Assembly: GCA_965219955.1 (NCBI GenBank)
Contig: OZ244799.1
Span: 3,680,001 to 3,744,000 of the forward strand
Source of the DNA: a bacterium
Lineage (GTDB): Bacteria; UBA8248
Direction: 5' to 3'
Length of the DNA: 64,000 nucleotides
Shown here: one piece after another, positions 20,498 through 30,147 of the stretch
Layout: each line of letters begins with the position of its first letter
Numbering within the stretch: position 1 is the stretch's first letter
The notes under the pieces: generated by a model
Databases searched by the model: none
What the model was told of the DNA's origin: nothing
Seen by the model: the letters and a program-made list of their open reading frames with translations, nothing else
Made by a program: the position numbers and the translations under genes

Positions 20498-20629
20498 ATG
20501 TACGAGAACGACTTCGACGTCGACGTTCCCACCACGGACGAACTGCTCGCTGAACTCGGACTCGACGCGTACACGATCCGCAAGATTCGCGACGAGGCGG
20601 GGGGCGAGGAGGAGTTTTGTAGCGTGTAG
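20498..20629 (+). CDS. Small acidic hypothetical protein (43 aa)
   Basis: GAGGAGG RBS; MYENDFDVDVPTTDELLAELGLDAYTIRKIRDEAGGEEEFCSV. Confidence 0.55.
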   Translation: MYENDFDVDVPTTDELLAELGLDAYTIRKIRDEAGGEEEFCSV

Positions 20630-20707
20630 GGCGAACCGGGGAGGTGGAGAGAAAGGCTCTCTCCCTCCCAGCACTTTTTCACACTCACACCACGAAGGAG
20701 AATCATC

Positions 20708-21148
20708 ATGGCATTCGGACTCAACAGAGCGGAACTGATCGGGCGTCTCGGCGCCGACGTCACCATCAACCACCTCACGAGCGGCGGCCGCGTCGCCAAC
20801 CTCTCGATCGCGACCGACGAGGGCTACGTCGACAAGCAGAGCGGCGAGCGGGTGGACAAGACCGAGTGGCACCGGGTCGTGACCTTCCAGCCCGGCCTGG
20901 TGGACATGTTCGAGCGGCACGCGAAGAAGGGCCGCCTGGTCTACGTGGCGGGCAAGCTCCAGACCCGCCGCTGGAAGAAGGACGAGGAGGACTCGGACCG
21001 GTTCTCGACCGAGATCCTCATCGCGCCGGGCGGGCGCGTGCAGTTCCTCGACAAGGCGAACGGGAACGGCAATGGGAACGGAAACGGCGCGCACGCCGAG
21101 ACGGCGGCGGTGGCGGCCGGCGTTGTGGGGGAAGACATTCCGTTTTGA
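20708..21148 (+). CDS. ssb: Single-stranded DNA-binding protein
   Basis: LNRAELIGRLGAD, TEWHRVV, GKLQTRRW, C-terminal DIPF. Confidence 0.95.
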   Translation: MAFGLNRAELIGRLGADVTINHLTSGGRVANLSIATDEGYVDKQSGERVDKTEWHRVVTFQPGLVDMFERHAKKGRLVYVAGKLQTRRWKKDEEDSDRFSTEILIAPGGRVQFLDKANGNGNGNGNGAHAETAAVAAGVVGEDIPF

Positions 21149-21485
21149 GCGCTTCATGGGCCGGCGCTGCGGCGTCGGCCCATTTTTTCTGCTCCTTATC
21201 CAGAGGAAGTCCGCCCCCCCCGGCTCTCCCGTCTACCGGGAACACCCGGTAAATCCTCCGGTTCCGTGAACGATGAACCGTGTTCCCGGAAGATCGGCAT
21301 GCACCTGTAATCACTCCATACTCAAGATAGTGGCTCGATCTACCCCCCGCTGCGGGAATTTCGGGCCGGAAAAACGGCCCGAAATGACCCTTTCCGCAGC
21401 ATGAGAGAATGTTTCCCGATGAGCTTCGCCTTCATCGTGAAACACCAAAGGCTCTTGTGTCCCGGTGGCGGTACTACCCTCTCTC

Positions 21486-21677
21486 TCTTAGCGCTCCCAT
21501 TTTAGCACGCACGGCGCGGGGTCAAGGGTGCTTTTGCAAAATACGCAAAAGCATCTTTTTTCAGAAAAAATCGGTGAAGCGTGGATTTTTTCCGCTGCGC
21601 GCCCTCCGGGTGAAAAAAGACTGAAAACCGCCCCTGACGCCCGCACCTAGCACGTGCTGAAAATGGGGGCGCTAAGA
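21486..21677. promoter_or_regulatory. Long imperfect inverted repeat / stem-loop upstream of the DUF4326 gene (possible ssDNA promoter)
   Basis: TCTTAGCGCTCCCATTTTAGCACG pairs with CGTGCTGAAAATGGGGGCGCTAAGA; nested TCTTTTTTCA/TGAAAAAAGA and GAAAAAATC/GATTTTTTC. Confidence 0.55.
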
Positions 21678-21712
21678 AGCGCATCCGTTAACTCTCTACG
21701 AAGGAGAAAGGC

Positions 21713-22084
21713 ATGGAAACCACCGTGGTGAACCTGAACGACTATGTGGCGGATATGGGCAGCGGCTTGCTGGTCAGGATCGACCGCAGGACGAAGTGGG
21801 GAAACCCCTTCCGCATCGGACAGGACGGCGAGCGCGCCGAGGTGATCGAGAAATACCGGCGATGGCTGTGGGAAAGAATCCGGCGCGAGGAGCAGGACCT
21901 CCACGAACTCGCCGACCTGTACGGCTGCGAACTCGGCTGCCACTGCCATCCCCTCCCGTGCCACGGCGACGTCCTCGCGCGCGCCGCCGAGTGGGCCGCC
22001 TGGTATCTCGACGAGATGCCCAAAGAAGTGGGGTGCAACGAGCGTGGCTACGCTCTTCCCGAATTCAACCATCCCCTCGCTTGA
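21713..22084 (+). CDS. DUF4326 domain protein
   Basis: IDRRTKWGNPF, LGCHCHPLPCHGDVL. Confidence 0.85.
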   Translation: METTVVNLNDYVADMGSGLLVRIDRRTKWGNPFRIGQDGERAEVIEKYRRWLWERIRREEQDLHELADLYGCELGCHCHPLPCHGDVLARAAEWAAWYLDEMPKEVGCNERGYALPEFNHPLA

Positions 22085-22105
22085 GGACAACGAAAGGAGT
22101 GAACG

Positions 22106-23065
22106 ATGACTGCCACCGCGACTCACGACCACAAGGAGAGCATCATGCACGAGGTTGACAACATCGAAGCGCAGAACGAATCCTTCACCGCCATGGTCTG
22201 CGAACAGGCCGCGCTGTTCGGCGCGACCCCGGGCCCGGACGAATTCGACAACCGGCCCGTGTGGGGCGAGGCGGAGTCCACCGCCGGCGTCCTCAAGGCA
22301 TTCCACCTGCTCGCCGAAGCAGCACCCGACGGCACGCAGTTGGCCGACGAGCGAAGAAACCTCCTGTGGGGCTTCGTCAACACCCTCGACGCCCAGACAC
22401 AACGGCTCGACCGCGCCGCCGACAAGCTCATCCCCGGCATCCGTGAACTCCAGCGCGAGCAGGACGGCTCCGAGATCCGCTCCCGCGAACTCGAACTCGC
22501 GACCGACCGGGCGCAAAATCTCTCCGCCCGCCGCGACGCGTTCGAGGTGCTGCGCGACACGGCCGCCGAGGCCTACCGCGTCGAGACCGGCGAGGTCTGG
22601 CGGCCGAGGCGAGGCTCCCACGTCTCGCAGACCGGCAAGCTGACCTCTGCGGTGATCGAGGCGCGCGACTTCCAGCGCGCGAAAAAGGACCGCGAGAACA
22701 CAGCCCACCTCCCCCAGGGAACGCTCGTCGCCGTCGCGGGCGGCAAGGAAGCCACCGACTCAGGTCTTATCATCGGCCAGCTCGACAAGCTGAAAGCCAA
22801 GTACGCCGACGTCGTCCTCGTCCACGGCGGCGGTCCCGGTGCGGAGAAGGTCGCGGCAGGATGGGCCGAGCGGAACGGCGTCCACCAGATCGTCTGCAAG
22901 CCCGACTGGGACGCCCACGGTCGGGCCGCTCCCTTCAGGCGCAACGACGAGCTGCTCTCCCTCCTCCCCAAGGGCGTGATCGCGTTCCCGGGTTCGGGCA
23001 TCACCGACAACCTCGTCGACAAGGCCCGAAGCCTCGGCATCCCCGTGCAACGCGTGGCCGCCTGA
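22106..23065 (+). CDS. DUF2493 (SLOG/YspA-like) domain protein of plasmids/ICEs
   Basis: VAVAGG, LVHGG..GAE, AAPFRRND, IAFPGSGIT.NL. Confidence 0.85.
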   Translation: MTATATHDHKESIMHEVDNIEAQNESFTAMVCEQAALFGATPGPDEFDNRPVWGEAESTAGVLKAFHLLAEAAPDGTQLADERRNLLWGFVNTLDAQTQRLDRAADKLIPGIRELQREQDGSEIRSRELELATDRAQNLSARRDAFEVLRDTAAEAYRVETGEVWRPRRGSHVSQTGKLTSAVIEARDFQRAKKDRENTAHLPQGTLVAVAGGKEATDSGLIIGQLDKLKAKYADVVLVHGGGPGAEKVAAGWAERNGVHQIVCKPDWDAHGRAAPFRRNDELLSLLPKGVIAFPGSGITDNLVDKARSLGIPVQRVAA

Positions 23066-23675
23066 TGTGAACACTCCTCGGGTCGCGTCGTCGTCACCCG
23101 GCGGCGGCGCGGCCCTTCTTCTCGCCTTCGTCCACTCCTCCCCGCATCGCTCCACTCGACTCCACCCGCTCAGTCGCCGCGGCGGCTCCCGCTCGCCATT
23201 CTCTCCGGCGCCGGTTCCCTCATCTCTCGTTCTCACGAATTCGGCAATCTGACGCCATTCGGCGGCTCGGGTTGTACACCGGACGCATCGCTGATGCTGG
23301 AGTCGCGTGGGCTGCGAATGACTGCGATCTCCAGCGCCTGGCTTTTACGGTTCATCCTCCCGCGCGCTTCTGTCGTGCCGAAACAAGTAATACCAATCTG
23401 GTGTCACGATATCTCTTTGAAATTCCTTCACTTAAAAATGGTGTATGCTCATTGTAATACGATGTAATACGGGGGTTTTCTGCAAGATACCAGATTGGTA
23501 GTACACGGAGGCGCGCTGCGCTATGATGGCTACCATTTTGGTAGTTCATGAAACGGCGTCGCGGGTATCATTTTTGCGCCCGAGGTGGGTGTGTTTGTTA
23601 CAAGAAATGAGAATTATTGCGGTCGTTTTGTGATCAAAACGAATGAAGATTTTCTCGAGAGGAGAGACGAAACGG

Positions 23676-24020
23676 ATGGTTCAAACGATACAGAAGAACA
23701 TCAGAGTCACGCCCGAACAGTGGAAACGAATCGAAAATGAGGCCGAAAAACGCGAAATGTCGCCCAACCGACTGGTGGTAGAGCTCGTCATGGAAGCCCT
23801 GGAGCGCCGCGAATGGCCCCGCACGGAGGCGGAAATCCACCTGCTTCGCTCAGCCATGTTCACCGCACAGGCCATCATTCGCGACATGGAGAGAGACGGG
23901 CGGGAGTCAGAGATCGATCAAATCAGCAGGAATATCTCCGAAGTCGCGCCTGAATTGCCGGGTAAATCGGTGGAGGATCCGCAAGATAGGATGGATTCGG
24001 GGAGGCCAATGCCTGAATGA
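23676..24020 (+). CDS. Ribbon-helix-helix-like protein (possible relaxosome accessory factor)
   Basis: KNIRVTPEQWKRIENEAEKREMSPNRLVVELV strand-helix-helix pattern; AGGAG RBS. Confidence 0.6.
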   Translation: MVQTIQKNIRVTPEQWKRIENEAEKREMSPNRLVVELVMEALERREWPRTEAEIHLLRSAMFTAQAIIRDMERDGRESEIDQISRNISEVAPELPGKSVEDPQDRMDSGRPMPE

Positions 24021-24663
24021 AGCCATCAGTATTGGCGAGTTCAAGGACCATCGACAAGAGATTCGTGAAAACAATCCCATAAGATCATAACAAAGCTCGA
24101 AAAGGAAGGGAGAACAAAGCAGTTTATGTCATGGCCTTTAGTGCCGGAAAGCGGTAGACGTTAAAAATAGATCTATTTTGGATGACTTATACCATCCCGG
24201 TTTTACGAGAGCCCCGACCCCAAAAGCCGGAGTTTTCGCAATAAATCAACATGGACTGAAAGCAGGTTCGTGTTAAATTAGGGGTGTTCTTGACGTAAGC
24301 TCTATAGTGATACATAATCCAAAGTTCGGAAGTGCAAACCTAGCCCAGTTGACGCTTTCAACAAACGTGGTACAGAAAAGCGCCTGAAAAATCACCATAT
24401 CCGCTCAAATTTCCATTAAATTAGCAAAGCGCAAACAAACCGAACACTCGTAGCACGAGTTCGTTATATCCACTCCATTAGCTCTCAAGACTACGTATCC
24501 CAAGCAGAAAGGAGGTGGCTCATAGTTTATAAAACACGCAAGATCCAAACTACCAAGTAGACCGAGACCAAAACGTGATCTTCAAAACTCACAAGAGAAC
24601 CAAACACATGCCCTGCTAATAGCAGACAACTAATCTCGCGCCACGGTTTTCTGAATTCTACGA

Positions 24664-25317
24664 TTGAGGGGGAAACGGCAAATGGCAAAGCAACGAATGG
24701 GCTTTGACCCTGATAATTCAATCAGGAAAGAAGATAGCGAAGAAAATGAGGTTGGTTTTTTAGATCACCTAGTCGATATGGAAGAGGGACTCGAACGGTT
24801 AACTGAGTCGGCAAGAGCATTTGGGTCAAAAACCGAAGAACTAACGGAAATTACGACAAGCACAGATGGGCGCATCAAAGACTTACAGAAAAGATCAGGA
24901 CGTGGCATCTCTCAACAAATGCGCGTTCTCGTTATGGGCTTCGGCCGGAATTTGAGCAGCTACGCAAAATTCCTTTCAACCGAAAACGAAAAATACGGTT
25001 CCGAGTTAGCTCGGACTCACATATCTTTGGAAGCGGTTCTTAAAACACAAGTTATCAATACCCAAGAGGACCGGGAAGAACTCGAGCGCTTCTTGTTCGA
25101 ACTTAGCGCCACTGAAAGTGCGACAGAAGAAGCCTTGAGCGGCATCAATAGCATGACCGATTCTTTGCGCGATATACCCTCACTCGAGAGAACATTCAAC
25201 CGCGCCCAAAAAGGAGCTGTGAAAGAACTGAATCGCTTCGCCAATAATGTCGAACAAACTAAGTCAATGATTGCGCATATAAAGGAAATAATGCGCGAAA
25301 AACTGAACAAAGACTAA
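24664..25317 (+). CDS. Hypothetical coiled-coil protein (possibly the C-terminal part of a longer gene)
   Basis: 217-aa helical, E/K-rich ORF in an AT-richer region; start uncertain. Confidence 0.6.
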   Translation: MRGKRQMAKQRMGFDPDNSIRKEDSEENEVGFLDHLVDMEEGLERLTESARAFGSKTEELTEITTSTDGRIKDLQKRSGRGISQQMRVLVMGFGRNLSSYAKFLSTENEKYGSELARTHISLEAVLKTQVINTQEDREELERFLFELSATESATEEALSGINSMTDSLRDIPSLERTFNRAQKGAVKELNRFANNVEQTKSMIAHIKEIMREKLNKD

Positions 25318-25325
25318 TAGTACCC

Positions 25326-25655
25326 ATGAAAACCAAAGGAGATATGATGTCTAACATGGCCGTTCAAAAATTCAGGGAATTAGAAGGAAAGCTGGAAGTC
25401 CATGCACAACTTCTGGGGTGGCTTATGTTTCAATGTGACCCCGAAGAGCGGGAGCACTTGATCCTCCTGATGATGGATAGTGCCCCAGACGCTGTGCCCG
25501 AAGATCATCACGCGCGCAAGTACATCGAAGGTTATCATGGAGAAATAAAACGCATCGCTGAATGTATTGAATTCCTCACCAAATCAAAAGAAGAGCACCT
25601 CGAAGAAAGAAAAAAACGTATATTCAGGGTACCTCCATCTAGGGATGAAAACTAA
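25326..25655 (+). CDS. Hypothetical protein
   Basis: 109-aa ORF; AAGGAG RBS supports a start near 25344. Confidence 0.55.
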   Translation: MKTKGDMMSNMAVQKFRELEGKLEVHAQLLGWLMFQCDPEEREHLILLMMDSAPDAVPEDHHARKYIEGYHGEIKRIAECIEFLTKSKEEHLEERKKRIFRVPPSRDEN

Positions 25656-25832
25656 CACTAGTCCCCTCTATCCTTGCCCCTAGCAATCATCCCCAGGCTA
25701 CGCTAAGCCATGTATATACTCCCCTTTTCTTACGCTTCTAGTCATCCCTTCAGTCCTTGAACCGTCATCACCGGGCCACCACATGTTTTCCTCACACGAA
25801 TAAGATTCCTTGTTCCCCATTCACATTTTCAT

Positions 25833-26768
25833 CTATGTCGACACGGCCAGGATACGGTTCACTGGTTCGAGGTACTTGCCAAGCGTCAAGGCGTCGTATC
25901 TATTGAAGAACGTTTCGAAGATAAAACGGTGCCGGTCGCCGTTATCATCGGCCAGGATGAGTTCATCTTCTCCCAGGGGGCCGCCTCCTTGCGCGCCGCA
26001 ATAGCCGGCCACAGCCGAGAACAATTTCGCTGCCGAGGTTGTTCCGAATTGTCTCGCAAAGGCCGACGACTGGATAAAGTGCCGACAGGGAGCCGAGGGG
26101 TCAAAATCTTCGGAGCGTTGCGACACATGAGGGTGATCGGTGATCATCCCCACAACCGGAAGTTCGACGCCGGCGGACTCGATGAACCTGTATAGCGTCG
26201 TCGAGAGCGTGTTTCCAAAGACACCTCGCAGCTCTCGGACTGCTTTGAGCGATGGCTCAAAAGAACGGGCCTCTTCAGTGAAACGTTCACCTAAAAACAG
26301 CAGTTTCCCGGCGGCAAAATTGGCTTCCGCCTCGACCTGCTCCTTGCAGTTGCGAGACAGCGTTTGAAGATTGTCTCCGAGCATTACCTCTGCGTGCCAG
26401 GGAATGATGTCATGGCAGATTTCGTGCGTCTCGTTCCATCGGTGCTTAAGTTTGGGCAGAGTCTTATCCAGCATAATCCGCTTCCGATCTGGAAGGTAAA
26501 GCGCCTTGAGCGAGGACTTCCGGATCGCGTCGATGAGCAACATGGGCCGCTTGTACACTTGGATGCCGGCGACGCGGATCCGACTGACCGCCTCATTCAA
26601 GATGCCGGGATCATCGGCAGTGTAGAACGCGAGATCGAGATGCAACAGTTCGCGCACATCCTCCAGCCGGAGCGGGGGATCGGGATGGCCGAGCCCCCGC
26701 AGCACACGCTCGACGCGACTCTCGATGTCCCTGGCCGTCTTGGCGGAAATGATTCGGTTTTTGGCCAA
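25833..26768 (-). CDS. ImmA/IrrE family zinc metallopeptidase
   Basis: RWNETHEICH (HExxH) followed by E.EANFAA. Confidence 0.85.
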   Translation of the reverse strand: MAKNRIISAKTARDIESRVERVLRGLGHPDPPLRLEDVRELLHLDLAFYTADDPGILNEAVSRIRVAGIQVYKRPMLLIDAIRKSSLKALYLPDRKRIMLDKTLPKLKHRWNETHEICHDIIPWHAEVMLGDNLQTLSRNCKEQVEAEANFAAGKLLFLGERFTEEARSFEPSLKAVRELRGVFGNTLSTTLYRFIESAGVELPVVGMITDHPHVSQRSEDFDPSAPCRHFIQSSAFARQFGTTSAAKLFSAVAGYCGAQGGGPLGEDELILADDNGDRHRFIFETFFNRYDALTLGKYLEPVNRILAVST

Positions 26769-26785
26769 ACCCGCAACTCCCGTCT

Positions 26786-27271
26786 TTATTTCTGTTCGCT
26801 GAGCACGGAGATGAACGCTTCCAGAGCCGCACCCTCTTCGGGCGTCAACTCCGCCGTCGGCTCCGACCGCGCGGCAAAGCGGACAGCCTCATCGAACAAC
26901 CTCGTATCCTTCGGCGCGGTCAGTCCGGCCACCTGCATGAGACCGGACCGCGGCAACTTAAAGTAATTGGCAAGCTGGTAGGTCGTACGCAACTCCGGCT
27001 TGTGATGCGGATTTCTCTCGATTTCGACCAAGTCCGTTATGTCCACATCCGCGTCATCGGCAAGCTTCTCAAGACTGATGCCGCGCTGGCGGCGCATCAG
27101 GCTGACAAAACGACCGAATGCGATGTTCGGGCCATCCTCGTCAGTCACCGTGGCCGGGATGGTTTCGCCCTCGAATATCGGGTCGATTGCCAGCCCACCG
27201 GCTCCGATTTCGGCATCACCCTCGAGTTGCGCCATCCGGATGCACCACTCCTTGCTGATTTTCATATTCAT
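26786..27271 (-). CDS. XRE-family HTH transcriptional regulator
   Basis: RRQRGISLEKLADDADV...LVEIE HTH_3 pattern. Confidence 0.85.
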   Translation of the reverse strand: MNMKISKEWCIRMAQLEGDAEIGAGGLAIDPIFEGETIPATVTDEDGPNIAFGRFVSLMRRQRGISLEKLADDADVDITDLVEIERNPHHKPELRTTYQLANYFKLPRSGLMQVAGLTAPKDTRLFDEAVRFAARSEPTAELTPEEGAALEAFISVLSEQK

Positions 27272-27903
27272 CTTTTTCTCCCCTTGGCGACGAAGGCCTG
27301 CGCCTGCTCGGACGTCATCTCGAAGTAGCGAAGGCCTCCATAGTCGGGATCGGCTCCAAGGTCCGTCATGCCGCAGGTGTTGGCGTAGAAGTCGTTCGCT
27401 TGCGGCAGCGAATGAAGGCCGATCCGTCCGTTAAACTCCAAGTCCTCGCTCAACGCGACGGCAGCCCTAATCAGGATACTGCCGACACCGCGATATCGTG
27501 GAGAATCGAACAGTTCCGCGCGATTCCACGGCGCATTCTCTACAAACGCCACGTAGACGAGATGCTGCCCTTCCTGGCTGTCGATCCGGCATCGCCCCTT
27601 CACCGTATCGACAATCATCATGCCCTGCGTCAGGCCATCGCAGACGATGCTGAAACAGGGATTGGCCAACATCTCCTGTATCGCCGCGACTTTCCTGCGC
27701 CAGTCCCAACGACGGCTTTGCGGCCAATGACGGCGTTCGACGCCCGAGCGCCTGAGGCGCTGAATCGCCTTGAACAACTCCGGCATCCATTCCCCTTCCC
27801 AATCAGCGAGTTGCTGTTCGGTGATCGCGTGCCAAAGCTCCGCAGCCTCCGGCTCGTCACGCTCTACGTTTAGCAGGTGGATCTCGTCCACTCTGACATT
27901 CAT
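27268..27903 (-). CDS. GNAT family N-acetyltransferase
   Basis: YVAFVENAPWN, YRGVGSILI (acetyl-CoA motif A), GLHSLPQANDFY..CGM. Confidence 0.85.
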   Translation of the reverse strand: MNVRVDEIHLLNVERDEPEAAELWHAITEQQLADWEGEWMPELFKAIQRLRRSGVERRHWPQSRRWDWRRKVAAIQEMLANPCFSIVCDGLTQGMMIVDTVKGRCRIDSQEGQHLVYVAFVENAPWNRAELFDSPRYRGVGSILIRAAVALSEDLEFNGRIGLHSLPQANDFYANTCGMTDLGADPDYGGLRYFEMTSEQAQAFVAKGRKR

Positions 27904-28112
27904 AGCATCATGACCTCGGCCTTCTCCTTGGTCTTCTCGTCCTCGAAGAAAAGCTTGTCACCGTTCTCAAGACGCGCCTCTATCACCTGGTATATCCGCA
28001 AGGCCTGACGCAGAAGAGCCGTCTTGCTCAGGTCCTTCTTCGCACTCAGATTCCCCAGGACCTGCATCTCGGCTTCCGTGAGATTGAGAGTCATCGTTTT
28101 CTTTGTGTTCAT
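27900..28112 (-). CDS. CopG/RHH DNA-binding protein (putative antitoxin)
   Basis: MTLNLTEAEMQVLGNLSAKKDLSKTALLRQAL; ATGA overlap with the GNAT gene. Confidence 0.8.
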   Translation of the reverse strand: MNTKKTMTLNLTEAEMQVLGNLSAKKDLSKTALLRQALRIYQVIEARLENGDKLFFEDEKTKEKAEVMML

Positions 28113-28407
28113 CTTCTTCCCCCCACTTGTTGTTCGCTCATCTAAGTGTCAACTCTAGCATAGGGGATAAATGGCCAAACGTCAACTTATAAATATATTA
28201 TATATAGCCCTTGACTAGCTAATAAATAAGTATATATTATACCTCAGATGGCCAATGGTGGCTAACAACATGAGGAACCAGGACGATGGATAATCAGACC
28301 GAACAGCAGCTCAAGGACACCGAAAAGGCGGCTCGAGCGTGTCGACAGGTCCGCTTCAAGACGCCGAAGCCGGACGCAACAGTTATCAGACAACGAGGAG
28401 GGAGATT

Positions 28408-29472
28408 ATGTTAACAGCAACCAGCAACGAGATTGCCCAGAAGATTCTCGCCAAGAAAATGCCAAGCTACCGGAAGGCCTACAGTGACCGCATGGCGTGG
28501 CTCATGGCGTACATGTCCGAATTGGCCTATCTCAAATTCGATAAACCTGGCACTGATAGTGACATCACCCTGATGCTAGTTGAGCGCGCACTAAAAAGTG
28601 TGAAAAAAGGAACTGCCGAGAAGATCATCGGGGCTATTCGAAAAAGCTACGGGTACGATCACGAAGCCGAAAAAGATAAACTGAAACGCTCTTTGGAGCA
28701 GATTGGCTGGAAGTTGGCCGAGACGATCAGCGTTAACGCTACACAAGCTTTTGTGGCGTATAACGACGAATTCGCAGTCTTGGCGTTTCGTGGAACTGAA
28801 GCAGACCGAATCCAGGATATCAGGGCGGATATTAGGGCGACTCAGACGCCGAATCCGATGGGAGGACAGGTGCATTCGGGGTTCCAGGGTCAGTACGACG
28901 ATGTCGAAATCGCTGTCGAAGATGCGTTAGACAAAGACGAAATCAAGGGTAAGCCACTGTTTCTCACCGGGCACAGCTTGGGAGGGGCTGTTGCGACAAT
29001 CGCCACAAGGCAGTTAAACGCGGAACGCCAGATTGCGGCGTGCTATACGTTCGGGTCTCCACGAGTCGGGTCTGAAGAGTGGGTTGCACAGGTTAAGACC
29101 CCTATCTACCGGATCGTGAATTCAGCCGATCCCGTACCGGGGGTACCTTTCAGCGGGACTATGATCTTTTGGGGTGTGAAAGTATTTCGAACATTAGGGC
29201 GATTGATCCCCTATGGGCGGATATTGGTAGCGTTTGGTAACTGGCTGGAGAGGGCTATGTCAGGATACACGCATACCGGAAATATGCGTTTCCTGACGGA
29301 TTGCAAGGGCGGAGATCTGTCAAAAGCCGAATTACTATATACGGTGGGATGGGGTAGACGGTTTCGAGGCGCGCTGAGCGGGATTAAACCTTGGGGAAAG
29401 GTTCTCGGTGATCATGGAATCGCAATCTACCGACAGAAGATGATGTGCGTGGCTGACAAGAAGAATCCGTAA
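28408..29472 (+). CDS. Class 3 lipase / alpha-beta hydrolase
   Basis: LAFRGTE, VHSGF, TGHSLGGA, YTFGSPRVG, DPVP, DH. Confidence 0.9.
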   Translation: MLTATSNEIAQKILAKKMPSYRKAYSDRMAWLMAYMSELAYLKFDKPGTDSDITLMLVERALKSVKKGTAEKIIGAIRKSYGYDHEAEKDKLKRSLEQIGWKLAETISVNATQAFVAYNDEFAVLAFRGTEADRIQDIRADIRATQTPNPMGGQVHSGFQGQYDDVEIAVEDALDKDEIKGKPLFLTGHSLGGAVATIATRQLNAERQIAACYTFGSPRVGSEEWVAQVKTPIYRIVNSADPVPGVPFSGTMIFWGVKVFRTLGRLIPYGRILVAFGNWLERAMSGYTHTGNMRFLTDCKGGDLSKAELLYTVGWGRRFRGALSGIKPWGKVLGDHGIAIYRQKMMCVADKKNP

Positions 29473-30147
29473 TTCCAACGCCGTAAATATTACTTAGTAG
29501 AGACGTGTCCCACATAGTCTTGACAAAATATTTAAGCGAGATTTACGAGACATCGTTGCTGTAGTCGGCATGCCATAGGTGCGAATCAGACACCGCCAGA
29601 GGGCATGCCCATTAGTGGCTGAGTGGGGTACCGGAAATGACTGTAAGCAAACTGTTGCGGTCGGATTTGAGGACTATTCTGACACGGACTCACCCGTTAG
29701 CGCGGGAGTTTGAATTTCCTCGTTTCCGATTTGATTACATACGGTTGATGGCGGACCCCGAAAGGGGACGGGAACAATGAACTTTTCACGATGATATCAA
29801 CCGTATAGCGGGATTTCACGGCTGATGGAAAACGATTTCTGTCTCCAAACGGGCAATGAACAAACTTCTTCTTTCACTTGAACCCAGTAAATCAGACCCG
29901 AAGACAGGCCGTATGGTGAAATCAAATCTGTAGCTTATTTTACAACAGCCAATTCAGGACATCTATACCGATAGGAAACGGTGTTGGCTTCGGAATCTTC
30001 GGGAATTCATTCGATGCGTTAACAATCTCGTGTGCAAGTGAATGTTATGTGAGTGGCGGCGACTTATGGCAGCGCAATTTCTCTGATAACCTGCCGTCAG
30101 CCGAGACAGCAATAAGCGAAAAAACCTCTGCTGAATGAGGGAAGCAC

